A stretch of 64,000 nt of DNA from Podarcis gaigeae (taxonomy: Eukaryota): NCBI GenBank assembly GCA_964106915.2, contig OZ066918.1; one strand, given 5' to 3'. The position numbers and the translations under genes were made by a program. Position 1 is the first letter of the stretch, and every line of letters starts with the position of its first letter. The notes under the pieces are model-generated. The model did not search any database. It was not told where the DNA came from and saw only the letters and a program-made list of their open reading frames with translations. This document shows, piece after piece, positions 1-14,640 of the stretch.

Positions 1-2774
1 AGCTGAGGAAATGCTAGTTAAATCACTGAAATCGAGGTTGAGGGCATCTGGTTTGATTGATAGCAGCACCATTGGTTTTGTGTTTTGTGAGCTAGTAAAA
101 TATTGCCTTCCTGCTCCTTTTCCTCCTTTAAACATGTTACTTCATCAAGGTACGGAATAATCACTGCCAAGTTTATGCCCCTCCAATTCAGCCAATTACA
201 ATGCAATTATGATTTTCTTAAGTTCGCAAATGGATGTTCTCATGTGTATCACCCATGACACATGGGCTAAACAATCTGCTTAAATAACTTGGCAAAATAG
301 TGAGGCGGCTATTTTTCACATCATTCCAGGCAAACTCCAGTCTCCTGCAGTCAGCCGGTCCTGGTTTCCTGATGAATATAAGTTTGCCAACCTGTGTTTG
401 CCCCATTCACCCTTTACATTTTTGGCACACACTTCAGTTAGGTGCAGAATATACAAAAAGTTCATCATAGGTTTATATTAGAAAGATCATAGTTCACATA
501 GTAATATCTGAATGCAATCTCATTATTACAAGTGAAACCAAACCAGTCCCTATTAAGTTCAGAAAGCAAATGTACTGCCTTTGCTATCATTGCAGACAGC
601 ATCCTTACAAATCTGTTTGGCTCCTCTTGTTGCAGAATATACATATTAACTGATATATAATTACATTTTCACTGATTTGGAACAGAGAATATCTACAGCT
701 GAAAGCTTGTCAGTGGCTTATCGCTGGTTCTTTCTCTGTGCAGAGAATTTTCCTAGCAGATGGGAGAAGCAGGGAAGATGAACAGCAGTGAAAGGTTTTC
801 AGAAATAAACAGCAACAGTTCCCTTTCCTCCCTTTGGAAATGAAACCTAGGTGATGCCTGCAGAGAAACAGGGTGACAGAATCCTGGGGTATCATACCCC
901 TTCAAGGCTACAAAGGTATGTGCCACACCGTATTATTTTAAAAGCCTTTTGCAAATTAAGTACCTCAGGGAGAGAGGTTTTGTCTCAGCTTGCTCCCTGC
1001 AGTGTTAGTTTCTCCTTGCAGAGAGCAGTAAAAAAATATGACCCACCTGCAATTTGAAGTGGTATAACCCATTCAGCTTGGGACCTTTCTACCTGCACAC
1101 ATACTCCAGCTTTTCCTTGAAGCTGCTGCAATATCCTTTTCCTATTGAAAGGGAGCCTTCAAAGGTCTGAACGGGGAGAGGTGGACTACATTTCACTTGG
1201 TAAGCACTGTGCTCTAGTGCAAACATGACCAACAACACTAATATGAGTTCTGGCTACTGCTAGCACAGCTAACCAATCTTGGCAACAGCTTGACTATATC
1301 TGGCTTCTGGCAAGATTCCATGGTAATTATTACAGAGCAGCTGAAATCCGTGATAGATGACAAGTACTGTTTAGAGTTCTGAAACTCAACTCTGCTTCCA
1401 GTGCCCTGAACATACGACAAAGCTATATCAAACTCACAAAGAGGCATGGAAAGAACCAGGGCATGCAGTCTTGAGCATTTTTAAAAACTTCAGCCTCTAC
1501 GGAATATGACTGCAGCAAGCACTCTGATGCTTCAGAAGCCCATCCAAGTCCAATGGTTTGAGGATAGTATCATTAGAACACATTTCTGTTATGCTTCACA
1601 AAAGAAATATATCTGAGCATGCAAATACAGGTTCCAATGAAGTCTTTTAAATGAGGTAATAAGGTAGAAGAGGTATGCATGATGAAATGGTAGCTACTGC
1701 TACTGCCATAAAACACAACATGCTGGCTAATATCCGCCCTCCTGCAAACACTTTAATGACAAAAAAGCTATAATGAGGTACACATTAAGGCTGATTTAAT
1801 GGCAGCAAAAAGCCTTTACAGTGGAGAGGTATTTTTGCGGTGGGCCTTGTTTACGCCTCAGCTGCATAAATGAAGAAAATACTTCACCAATGCTCGTTTT
1901 ACAAAGAGTCTTTGAATATGTGCTTGCAGCCACTAAAATTTCAGAACATTCCAGTGTACAGCATTACATATGCCCCAAATGAGTGAGGCATTCTTGGACC
2001 AAAAAGCGCAAGTGGGTGGCTGACTTTGTGCATGCCTGTTGGGCTAGGAACCAGAGTTATGAGAGCATGGATAATAAGACTTAGTGTGCTCAAGAATCAC
2101 TTAAGAGGAATGTGTTTGCCCTCAATAACTCTCAATTGGGAACCAAGGACCAAATGTAGTCCTCAAGGCCTCTTATCTGGACCATGGGCCTCTGCTGAAA
2201 CTGTAAGCCCTCCGCAATCACACCCCTTTGCCCTGAGCCACATTCCTTACCAGCCCTGCTTTGCATCTGTTTCCGCCCTGCTGTCTTTGAACTGGATGGA
2301 CGATAGATGGGAGTACGTGAGTGTATGTAGAAATGAGTCTATTGTACAAATCACATTTGTTGCTTTGCTAACTTTTTGCGTCTGCCCCACTCCCCCAGAA
2401 TTGACGCTTGGCCTGAAAAAGATTGTCCACCCATCAAAAAAATTACCAACATGGTTTAAAACCTGAATTTTCTAGCTATCTATATTATTCCCATAAAAAG
2501 GTGAGGCAGAAGTAACATATAAGTAAAATGATGAAGCCCAACGTCCACTTACTAATGAAAGGAGTGATTTTAATTTAATGAGAGGAAATGGGGGGAGGGG
2601 GCGGATGCAATGTGTGATTACCAATATTAGGAGAAGGGTCAGCTGGGAGGGTGATAGGAAAAAGCGGAATGTAAATGTAAAATCTGGTCACTTTGTTTTT
2701 AGAGACGATAGTCAAACTTAAAAATGCACAAACTTCAGCAAACATAAGGCATCACTCTGTTGAAATTATATTAA

Positions 2775-2780
2775 TTTATT
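2775..2780 (-). terminator. Candidate distal poly(A) signal AATAAA of FHIP2A
   Basis: Minus-strand AATAAA followed about 15-25 nt later by CA dinucleotides and a GT/T-rich tract (GTGATGCCTTATGTTTGCTGAAGTTTGTG). Confidence 0.55.
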
Positions 2781-3617
2781 TTTAAGAATATCCATTTTAA
2801 TCCTTCATGCATGCTTTTTAACAAAAAACGCCTGAATTGTATCTGCTGACACAAGTTACCGCCATGTGCTCTCTAATGTGGCTGTTTCAACCATCCTTCA
2901 TGGGTCTATTACACCTTGGCAAACATTGTCAGCGAATGAACTACACCAAGTTCAATAGGAAAGGTTTGCTGAACATCTTCTGTTTAATGTAAACAAGACA
3001 GGAGGGGAGAAAAATCCAGGAGTATATATTGACCTTGTAACACTAGGCAACAGGGCACAGGCATTATTAATCATGGTTATACAGATGTGTTTGTTGAGAG
3101 ATGCTAATCTTAATTTCTCACACAACTGAGAACAGTGGATGTGTAGCTTCCGCATTGTACTATCCTGTTTCTTGTGCCAAGTTAAGTAAGGATGTTATTT
3201 CACAACTGAAAGCTTTGCTGCATTCAGCAGCTCATGGTGAGCAGCTGCCATGCATTTATAAAGGAATGCCACGATTACTGTGCCCCGTAGAATGCAGTGT
3301 TACAATCTTTGCACCGGCAATGCCGCAAGCAAGTGCTGGGTTTCAGTCCATTAGTATACAAATATACACACGTAAACAGATGATGTACAACCAGGCTGAA
3401 GCTGTGCCTTGTATCACAGCTTCAATATTGCACTGATGAATACATTATATCAGAATGCTACAGTTAAAAGATGACACTACTAGGCAGACAACTACAGTTA
3501 TAACAAAAATAGCTTAAGAGGAAATGGCTATTCCAGTAGACGTCTCATGTTGTTGTTACAAAATTTTCAACATCAGAATCTAAATTAAATAGATACAATA
3601 GATGATATAAAGGTGCC

Positions 3618-3623
3618 TTTATT
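3618..3623 (-). terminator. Candidate proximal poly(A) signal AATAAA
   Basis: Minus strand reads TGTAAATAAA, a Pumilio-type TGTAAATA overlapping AATAAA. Confidence 0.4.
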
Positions 3624-5283
3624 TACATAAATGTGCATCAGGGTAAAAACTGAAACTGGATCTGTATCCTGGAATCAAACAATTCAAGCTTTCCTCATCC
3701 ACTCTCATATAGAAACACTGTTTGTTTTATCTGTAATGGGACCAAGAACCCAATAGTTAGCACAAACATCTTTATAACCAGTGGCTGCTCACTACTTCTG
3801 GAGAACAGGCTGTATGTTCTCCTGACGGATAATAAATAACCACACATGCATCTCCATGTGTGCACACATGCATGTACATAAACACACTCAGACACATCAG
3901 AATAGGGATAGTTATGACATGCATAGATTCAACCAATTCAAACAAGGGCCCAACTAGCCTTTAAAATAAAAGTGCATGAAAACAAGTTATAAAAACGTTA
4001 AACAAGTTCCATTTGGGAAGGAAAATTCAATTGTTTTTACAAAAATAAAAAGGCTATCAATTTATGGGTTCAAGAGAACAATTATGATGCCAAGAGAAAG
4101 AGTTAAAGCGTTTCCTAAATTTGTGCCAGATATTATGACAAAAAGGGAATGGGAAAATGACATCAGCAGGGTTACATCCTGAAAACAAGAGAACTTCCTG
4201 AATATATGCAGGCTATGTGCAATCAAGCTTGGATCTTGATGTTTCTAAAAGCAAACTGAACTTTAATGTTAGATATCCTGCTTGCACTAATAGATGTATC
4301 CTGTATCATTTTTATTTATTTGTTTTTATAATTCAATCCAGCATCGTGTGAATAACTTTGGCTATCATGAATAGCTAATTACACAGTTAACTTAAGTAAA
4401 CCTTTTCCCTTATACTTTTAAACACCAAAACTTAAGTCTGCCTCCCACTTACTTTGGGATATCATCAACTTCTGTGGGACTCCAAAAGGATTTCTCTAAA
4501 ATGCTACCTGCAATGCAAAAAAATGTAAAAAGCTGTTCAGGCCCGCTTCCATGAATGTTTATTTTATAACTTCTTACCCAATATCTATCTCAAAATTTTC
4601 TTCTCGAGAAGAAAATTCTGAGCCTTATCTTACGTGTAGTTTAGTTAGTTGTATTTGTGAGTCAAATTCAGTAACTTTGGTGCAAAAACATTTAAAAAAT
4701 CAATGTGCTATTATTCAACTAGGGATGCAAATATCTTGATCACAGAGTACGGATGAATATGCTCTGTCAGGCAGCTCCTTGGCCATATCTCATTTATAAT
4801 AAAGGCAGCTCAAAATTTTGCTCCACAGTTTTTTCACCATAGAGGCCTGCCAATATAACTAAATTATCCCACTCTCCAACACTTGGCCTTCATGCTCAGC
4901 AAGTTTCTGTATCATTAGAACTTCTTGTGGTACAAACCAGAGTTTACATCACTGGAGCAAAATTCAACCACATTTACATCAACCCTGACAATATCTGAAG
5001 CAGGCAGCAATTGTGTTAAAAGTTTATTCGCCTGAAAAAATTACACTGAATACCCAAGAATGAGATTAATGGAACAACTGTTTAGGAACCAAATTATGTG
5101 TTGTTAATACCATAGGATTATGTCAATTAACGGCAAATGGGTGAGGAAGGGCACTCCCACCCCATATCTGCCTCTCCTTGTTTTCTACTGAGAACAACAA
5201 GATTATAGAAAAACTATATTAAATACAGGGTAGACAACATGTTTGGAGTTTTCAGCCTATGAAGAACTGGCAGATATGAGTCA

Positions 5284-5285
<2 letters not shown>

Positions 5286-5326
<41 letters not shown>
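5286..5326. repeat. (AAAG)n microsatellite in the FHIP2A 3'UTR
   Basis: About 10 units seen directly. Confidence 0.95.
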
Positions 5327-5327
<1 letters not shown>

Positions 5328-6416
5328 GGAGAGACTACTGGCAGAATGAGGTGGTTCAACTGCTCCTTCCTCTTACTCGTCTTCTAGCTCAGATTGTCTG
5401 GCAAAGGAATCTATTTTATGACTATGGCAAAATGAAGGGATCTTGTTTTCTCCTTGGCTTATAATGGATCCCTGTTGCAAACAGTAAGATCACAAAACTG
5501 AAGCTAAAGCATGCAACAACCTGCAGAGAATTTCAGCCTATATGCATTATGACAATTGGTATCAGACCCAGCTGTCCCTTGGCTTGGACGCTTCAGTTAT
5601 TCAAATTAGCCAAGTAATAACATATCTGAAAAGCACAAAACAATGATACTGCCAATCATCAAGGCACAGGATACTCTTCAGCCAACTAATCATAAAAAAG
5701 AATCTTAAAAGCCCTATAAAGTGACCTGTAATACTAGCATTTTTGTAAACAGGCATTTGGATCAAATAATCCAGGGCTCCAATACAAAATAGAAGGCAAA
5801 TAAAGTTATGCGGCATAACAAAGGAGAATAAGCAAGGAATCAAGGAAAACCAATACTTGAGTATACTTGTGGTCACCTCTTTTTTTGTGTAACAAAATAA
5901 TAATAATCAGTGATCAACTGGAACAACACAATGAACAGGACTCAACATGAAAGATACACAAAGAAAAATCATTTGTTTAGCTGTGTGTGCATTTACAACT
6001 TCTTATTTAAATACTTTACAATGCTTTAATCACTTACTGGTTTTCATTTAAATGGATAAAACACACCTCAGCTATGAAACAAATGTATTTTTTAAAAGCC
6101 TAGGAACCCTAAAGTATATAAAAACTCCTACCTCCTAGAAGGTTATTAAAATAAGAAAACCTTTAAACTTAAGTCTTCATGTGTGCAGCTCTTTGAGCTT
6201 GTTGTGATCTGTGATATCCCATTGATTGCGTTGTAGGTTGAACATCCATTTTCCTCTCCCATATGGTCACTACCAATGAATTTAGTATTTCAATTTGAAG
6301 GTGTCCAATATGAGTCCTCCAAATGAATGCCAAGGCTTTGCTTTCTGTTCTCCTGCCTGGGAAGTTAGCAGTCTTTTCTGCTTGAATCTCGTAGCCAGGA
6401 TGCTTGGAGCAGCTTT

Positions 6417-6554
<138 letters not shown>

Positions 6555-6600
6555 TCACACATGATGCCTCTTGGAATAGGCTGGTCATTAAGATACTTAC

Positions 6601-6704
6601 ATGGGCCCTTCAGGTTCTAAGCCAAGGAGACGCTTCCTGACCAGCAGCAATTTAGGTGTGAAGTCGGGTATGCGCTGGATCCTCACCATGAGATCTGCAA
6701 CAAC
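6601..6704 (-). CDS. FHIP2A: FHIP2A exon 16 ([34 protein letters not shown])
   Basis: 104 nt; cag|GTT and AT|GTAAGT. Confidence 0.96.
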
Positions 6705-7784
6705 CTGCATGTCATACATATGAGAGCATTGAACAAAATGAAGCAAAGAGCAAATTAGTGCTGGAAGCTATTGGCATTAGCTTCCAGGGCTGCCAGCTCA
6801 GTGTTTAGCAGTCTAAATAATATCAGAAACAGAGATGTGGGGCAAAAAAACTTTTCAAAAGGGAACACTTTCCATGTCTTCATTTTTCTGCAGAAAATAT
6901 TCCATTTCTAAAAATTCAGTGTTTCAAAATAATAATAAATAACAATAAATGAATGGCAATACATAAGGCAAGCTTGTTTCAAAGCTGTCAGTTCATGTTT
7001 TACAGGTTACTTTCCCTAGTGTGTGCGAGAAAGTACATATATGTTTTATTACTCTGTAAGCAGGTAAGTAATATAAAAACACAAATACACATAACAATCA
7101 AGCAAAAACTGCAGCTACAAATATATCTAACTGGTTTGATCTGACCTGCACAGCCAAAGCTAAAATTCTTATTTCACCTGAGACTGTAAGTGTTTTCAGC
7201 TCTGTTTACAAAACAGAAGTAAACAAACATGCTAAATAAGATCAGACACCATTTAACTCATCAGAAAACTTCCCAGGAAATTTTAAAACTGAAAATTTCC
7301 CAGAAAACCTGTATCACACACTGGTCAGGAACACATAATATGTTACATTCCCCCCCCCCCCACACATAATCGTATCTGTCGAAGTATAAAGTATGATCTG
7401 TGCTTGATGTCATTACCCTGCAACAACTGCTCACTCGTTGCAAGAAAAACTAATGGTTTGTCCTACAAAGTTCATAAAATGTTACTTTTTCTACTTGGAG
7501 ATTGCAGCTATTCCAAGGAAAATATACCATAAGCAGGTGTAGGCTGCAATTCTATACCCACCTACATGGGACTAAGTCCTACTGAACTCAATGGTACCTA
7601 CTTCTGAGTAGGGAGGTACAGGATTGCACTTTTTATTTAAATCCCAAGTGGATTTGGCTGGTCCCTAACTGAAAGATGAGGAGCTGCATTACAAAAATAG
7701 GTCGATCATCTGAAAGGTGCCTTAGCATCATTTGTTAATCAGCCACAGATACTTTGTGGCACTGTTCAAGTTGAATATTCTTCA

Positions 7785-7982
<198 letters not shown>

Positions 7983-10900
7983 TTACATTCTGTGCAGTAT
8001 AGTTTAGGGGTTTACAAAATGCAAAATTTGCAGCATGTGATGGCCAATGTGAGGCACATTGTTAGAAATATATTGTGCAAGCAATATCAAAGCTTCCTGC
8101 ACAAACCCCAAAACTCATTACATAACCCTAGGAAAGTCAATTGCTGTGTTCTCTCTTTTGGTTAGAACAATTATCGATCTCATGTGTTCTCAAACTGCAA
8201 ACATAAAGGGGAAGGCAGGTGTGCGATGGACTACTGTTTTATAGGCAGGGGCTATTTGTGTGCTGGGCATGCTAATTCAGTATACATGACACCTGCAAAC
8301 CATACTGGTGATTGCGGTTATTTCAGTTCCTGCAATCTAAATGGCAGATTGGGACCAGCACAGAGAGATCAGTATGTCTTGTGACTGCTCCCCAACCTTA
8401 TTCCTCCATTTTAAGCCCTACAGCTAAAAGTGGAGAACACTTTTTCCAAATGTACAACCCCTTTCATGAGCTGACCTTCAAGTTCTCTCCTACTTTCTTC
8501 TGCTTATTGTTCATGTTATTTCACAGCCTATTCTCCCTCTGAATACTAGCAAAGAAGCCCACCTCGCCCTCCATAATGTGTCAGAGCAATCTGATGCCAG
8601 AAACATGGAAAGAAGAATGCCCCAGACTGGGTGGTAGTGGACCGATTATTTACAGCCTACCGAACCGTATCACCAGCACGGTGAACTGAAACAAAGCAAC
8701 TGGCAAAAGGCCATCAATATTAGCCATATTGGAACAAATACACAAGAAGAAGTTGATTGTGAGCTGCCTGGCAGCCAAAAAGACATAATTGCTCCCGGAG
8801 GGTATGTACTTATAGTTACAATTACAGATTGACTGAGCCAAAACCACCAAGAATATGAAGCACCATCCTCTGGGTACAGCCTTACTGAGGGTAAAAGCAG
8901 CACTAGGCCTTGGCTGCTAGAGCAGCAAGTAGTATTTAGGGCCATCACCCAAGTAAATAGGTTTTTATTAATTAATCATAGGAGTTTGGATTCATGAATC
9001 AATTAAATGTATAAACATTTCAAAGAAAAAGGCATTGGCAGCATTCACACATCAAGGTGAAGCACAATTTAATGATTTGCCATGAGTGCTCCTGCCCTCT
9101 GGCCTGTGGGAGCAACAAGCCATGCTCTCTTGGCTTAGTGTCATGCACAAACCAGGAAACATAGCTTGTTTTGCTCTAGTCTAGACCATCCATAATGTCA
9201 AGCCAAGCATTGCTCTTTGCTGACCAATCATGGTTTATTGGGTGTGAAATGAACCACAATTCCCTATTTGGATGCAATGCTAAGACGGGGATTGTGGTTT
9301 GTTACTGCCACTGGGTAGACAGAGGGAGTGAAGCAGGAGTGATCTCCACGCTGCTCATGGTAAACCATTAAAGATGGGTTATTTCTATTCATTTACATAA
9401 TTTTAAAATCACTTTATATCCAGAAATTTCTAAGCAATACACAAAAAGTCATTCAGACAACAACAGACAACAACAGTATAAAATACGTATAACCCAGAAA
9501 TTGTCCCAAAGTATGATATGCCATTACATGTGACCTGGACCACGATTTCTTTGTCCAGCAATTATGCATGCATGTTACTGCAAAGACAGCCCAAGAAGAG
9601 GCATTCCCTTCTGCTGTATGAGATTAAGAGGAAGAATACTTCTGCTTAAGATGATACTTTGAAGAGTGAAATTACATACAATATGGGAGATCCATATTTA
9701 AAGCCACTGCACAGTGTGTTTGGGGATGCTGCTTTGTGTTTTTAAAAATCCTTCCCCCCACCTGCTGTATTCCAATTTAAATCCTCCTCCCCATCGCAGG
9801 AAACAAAGACATACTCCAAGAACGCATGTGTAAGATATTATGGCACAAAGCATTAAACAAATTCATCTCATCCCCACTCCCCTGAATATACTGTTCACAA
9901 GTCTACTCCATCACATCTAGTAAGGTTCTAACTGCATTCATATTCTCATTTTCTTTCATTCAGCAAAGTGAAATAGACATTTGCAGGCCATCCAGTGGCA
10001 GCCCATGGTACTGCAATATAGCTGTTATGCCAAGCCTTTTTCTGTTGTAATGTTTTTTATCGCTTTCTATAAATTGGATGGAACAATTTCTGGTCTGCCC
10101 AAAAGGAAGATTTTTAAGGGAAAGGAAAAAAAATCAGAGAACTCCAACAGGACCCAGACACTCTAGAATTAACTACTCTATTACTCTCACAGTAATCAAA
10201 ACACTGGTATGAGACAACACAGTGAATTTAAGTTGTTCAGTGATTTTAGTGGGTCTACTTTAAATATTACTTAGTTGGATCTCACCCCAAGGGCTGCAAG
10301 TGGCATTTAGCCAACTTAATGGCAATGTCTTTAATGGCACTATTGTGTAATTTGGGGGCTTCATTTGCAGAATTGCAGTGGTGGATGTATAAGGGAACAG
10401 AAGCAGAAGAAACTTATTTTGTACAAACCAAGTCGCCTATGCCATATAAACATGCCATGTAGCATTAAGAAAGCCTGCAGAAAAATCAGGATTCTATGCC
10501 AGATAAATGATATTCAATTGTATCGAGGTCTGTTATGTGGCATAATTGTTAAGCCAACTAAGGGCATCAAGTTTTGCCATTTTTAATTTGAGTTGACTAC
10601 ATCAAAAGTCTTCTATTCCTGGCTTACATTAGCATTTTCAAGCAATTTATCCCTACAGGAGGGAAAATCATTTTGGCTCAACAATTTTTTAGTAGGTGAG
10701 GGGTTTAGCAATTTCCCCATCCTACTGCATATTTTAATTCTCTGTGCATCAGCTATTGCCCTTGACACAGGAGAGAGAACAGCAGCATGCTTGACTGATC
10801 CGGAAATTTTGTCATTCTGACAGGTACTATATCAAATTGACACCCTACCACAATAACCCATAGCCTTTTTTCTTTGCAATACTACTAGATACTTGTTCCC

Positions 10901-12360
10901 CTGACAATCTTTAGGTAAGGACTTTTTTCCTTCTTTTCCTCTTTACTATTAGGGTCTCATCACCTAGATCAGATTTTCATATGTATGAAGATTAGTTTTC
11001 ATAAAGCTGTTGAGACTCAGAATTTAAGCCTCAAATCCAATATTCATTTTTAATGAGGCATGTGTAGAATGGGTGTTTAATGGAAGCTACTTCAATGTTA
11101 CATTTTCCTGGTGAAGATATGAAAGAATCAGACAGAAGCTGGCTTCAGGTTGAAATCTTTATGCCACAAGAGTGGTCTGGTGGAAGTCAGACCACGTGTC
11201 CTAGAGCAGACCCATTTCTTTAAGCAGAGGACAACACAGGTACCCAAGAAACTGCCTTATGCCTGGTCAAACTATATGTCCCTCTAGTCCAGCGTTTACT
11301 TTGATTCAGAGCAGCAATCTTGCATTTCAAGCAGAGGTCTTCCCTGTCAACTACCACAACTTTTTTTTACTAAAGAAGCCAGACTGAGCTTGCCATCTTC
11401 TGTAGGCAACACATAGGCTCCACCCATGTGCTCCCTGACCGTTTCTTAGACTTTGTTTTTGCTGGAAATGGTTTAGCTCTAGGAAGTGTTCCCATAACAG
11501 AGGCTGCATAGAAAGCACATGATCTAACACAAAGTTTATGGGACTGCTGCAAATGTGTAAAGCAGTAGCTGAAGTATGTGACATCAGAAACAAAAGGTGT
11601 GTTCGAGCAGAGGGTGGTGGTCACCCTGCCTCCACCCCCACCCCCATCCCACTCCTGCAAGCCTTTTTCCATGCCAGCCATGTTCCAGTACTGGATGAAC
11701 AGTAGCTGGAAGGGAATGCATGATCAGGTATGTTAAGAATGTATCTATTTTCTCATAATCATGTATACCTGAAAGCCACTGCACATTGCTGTTTGTAAAA
11801 ACATACATGAAATGTACTCATGACACCTGCAAAGCCACCTTCTTTACTGCTCATGGGCCTCTTGCTTATATTACAAAGAGTTTCTTCTGTGGCCAGTTTA
11901 TAATCGGCAACAAAAAAATGGAACACCAGAAGCGGCTTTAGAAGTCAGATGGCGAAGGCATAAACATTTGCTCATTTTATTGTGATAAACAATGTTCAGA
12001 GGAGCACATCATATTCATTTGGTTATTTTTTTTAGAAAGTATTTTTAATTCTTTATTTTACTATTTAGAGTGCCCTTTAGAGTATAGGATGAAAAGACAG
12101 AAGAGGCAAGCAGCTCGCTTCCTTCCCCAGGGTAGCCAACTTGGTGCTGCCCAGATGTTTTGGGTTATAACTCCCATCATCTCTGGCCAGCATGGCCCAT
12201 TGTATGAGCATTTGGAAGGTACCGTGTTGGCTACCTCTGCAATAGGCTAACAGCCACCCAGAATACTGTTTACCTTCATACTCCCAGATTTCCATGATAT
12301 GGACATCTCTGTGAAAACCATCCAGGTCAGAAACAAAAGGATCTAGAGCTGCAGACTTAC

Positions 12361-12504
12361 CTGATCGAGAATTCTGCCCATTCTATCAAACAGAACTTTT
12401 AGGAAAAATCCTTCGAAGAATGGGGCTTCTAAATTGCACTTTTCCAAGGGCGTGGGAGAGCCCGGCCATTCCCATCGTAAGCATATGGCGCAATAATCAC
12501 GGAA
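12361..12504 (-). CDS. FHIP2A: FHIP2A exon 14 ([17 protein letters not shown]...MGRILDQ)
   Basis: 144 nt; tag|TTC and CAG|GTAAGT. Confidence 0.96.
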
Positions 12505-12703
12505 CTAGAGAAAGCAGAAAACAAATGGCTGACTCCTTTGTGAACTAAAGAAGAGGTCCAATTTTAATGGATATTTATTACAACGTACACTGGCAAAGTT
12601 ACATGCTTTTAAATGCTTTGCCTTTCACAGAGATTTGCAGTATCCCATCCCAAGTAGCATTTTATTCAGAAGCATTTTTCATGTAGAAATACTATGCTTC
12701 ATT

Positions 12704-12940
12704 ATAGAATTGTAGAGTTGGGAGCTCCAAAATCCAACCCCCTGCAATGCAGAAATTTCAACTAAAACATCCATGGCAGATGGCCATCCAACCTCTGCTT
12801 CCACCACCTTCCAAGGGAGTCCATTCCCCTGTCAAACTGCTTCCTGTCAAAGTTCTTCCTGATACATGTATTTAGTCAGAATCCATTTTCTTGTAACCAC
12901 TGGTTCAGCTTGCTACATCTTCCATGTGACAGCCATTTAG
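12704..12940 (-). mobile_element. CR1 LINE 3' fragment
   Basis: ATAGAATTGTAGAGTTGG...TCCAACCCCCTGCAATGCAG...GATGGCCATCCAACCTCTGCTT, the reverse complement of a CR1-type 3' end. Confidence 0.7.
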
Positions 12941-14031
12941 ATGGCCAGGGCAGGTGTGAAAATACTGGGACCACTGGCATCTGAGTCAATTCTGATGGTA
13001 CTCAGTTTCTTCTTTCATTTAAATAGACACTACCAAAGAAGCAACATATACTTTTGTCCACTCAGGTTTAGCATACTAAAGGCTCATGGCTCGTCCATCT
13101 TCCCTTATCTGCCTTATATTTTTCCATCAGGTATTTGGAAGGACAAAAAAGTCAAACTCAGAATAAAAATGAAATACTTTATGTCTGACTGGGCACATAT
13201 TACACTTGTTTCTGGGAGTATAACCTTCTGAATATTATGTGACTGCGTGTCTTTTTCAGCTCCCTTAACCATCCCATTACATTTACTCAGAGCACTTGCA
13301 TGTTATTTACAAGGTTACAATTAAGCTCTGTTTGTCTTCAGACCAAGGAGACCTATACCTTTTGAAAGTGAAATGTGTTTGAGGTTTCTAAATAGGAACA
13401 GTAAAGTTCCTGTTTCTCAGCACTATAATCCACTACAAAACTGCATGCCTGAGGCTGCACATTACTTGCACTAAGCTTTTATCTCTAAAATCACAGCTGT
13501 GTTAACTCGTATAGCTATTCCACAGCAACTTGCCTCTGTCAAAGACCTTGCTACAACAGACTACAGATAAATATAAAGGCAATTTAGAGAAAAAGGTGTC
13601 CAATTTGTATGATTATCTTAACTGAAATAAAAATATTACTGCACCATGTACATCCCATTTGCACCACTGTAATAACTATGCAACACACAGTTATTTCCTG
13701 TGAATTATCCCACACACATTCCCCCTTTTAGCAGACATGGCTGAATGCACTGTCAGAAAGATTACAATCCTTCAAAATATCTCTATGTTTTTAGACAGCA
13801 GCAATATAAAAACGCAATGCCCTCCAAAATAATACACCACAACACATCACTTGGAAAGCAAAGTTAGGACTCTCATACATGGAACACAATATAGGCTTGA
13901 TTACTATTATTTATAAAAAAGACATTTCTGTTCTGCCACTTGTTACCGCATCCCAGTCCCCGCAAAACAGGTTGGTGTTATTATATAGTTCACAGTGCTG
14001 CATAGGTAAAGAAAGATCAACATAACCAACA

Positions 14032-14640
14032 GCGGGTGGCGCTGTGGGTTAAACCACAGAGCCTAGGGCAGGGGTCAGCAAACTTTTTCAGCAGGGAGCC
14101 GGTTCACTGTCCCTCAGACCATGTGGGGGGCCAGACTATATTTTTTTTGGGGGGGGGGATGAATTCCTATGCCCCACAAATAACCCAGATGCATTTTAAA
14201 TAAAAGCACACATTCTACTCATATAAAAACATGCTGATTCCTGTACCATCCACGGGCTGGATTTAGAAGGCAATTGGGCTGGCTCTGACTCCTGGGCCTT
14301 AGTTTGCTTACCCATGGCCTAGGGCTTGCCGATCAGAAGGTCGGTGGTTCAAATCCCCGTGACGGGGTGAGCTCCCGTTGCTCAGTCCCTGCTCCTGCCA
14401 ACCTAGCAGTTTGAAAGCACATCAAAGTGCAAGTAGATAAATAGGTACCGCTCCAGTGGGAAGGTAAATGGCGTTTCCGTGTGCTGCTCTGGTTCGCCAG
14501 AGGCGGCTTAGTCAAGCTGGCCACATGACCCGGAAGCTGTACCCCGGCTCCCTCGGCCAATAAAGCTAGATGAGTTCCGCAACCCGAGTCGTCCGCGACT
14601 GGACCTAACGGTCAGGGGTCCCTTTACCTTTTACCTTTAC
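14032..14640 (+). mobile_element. Sauria (POM-type) SINE interrupted by a hAT MITE
   Basis: tRNA-like head GGTGGCGCTGTGGGTTAAA...GGTTCAAATCC, body GTGCAAGTAGATAAATAGGTACC, tail of CCTTTA repeats. Confidence 0.92.
14069..14316. mobile_element. Non-autonomous hAT MITE, 248 bp
   Basis: Perfect 8-bp TSD GCCTAGGG (14061-14068 and 14317-14324); imperfect TIRs CAGGGGTCAGCAAACT / AGTTTGCTTACCCATG. Confidence 0.92.

Larger units (their letters stand above)
2760..6416 (-). other. FHIP2A: Probable FHIP2A 3'UTR (about 3.6 kb)
   Basis: AT-rich sequence with no recognisable transposons, running from the stop codon to candidate poly(A) signals. Confidence 0.6.

Noticed and set aside
1-2700. TRUB1 or another gene downstream of FHIP2A
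   Set aside because: No CpG island or recognisable exon; ORF 2026..2466 resembles nothing I recognise.
8656-8801. Plus-strand exon-like open frame (PTEPYHQHGELKQSNWQK...) with AG and GT borders
   Set aside because: Antisense to FHIP2A, weak pyrimidine tract, no partner exons and an unrecognised peptide; more likely chance or non-coding.
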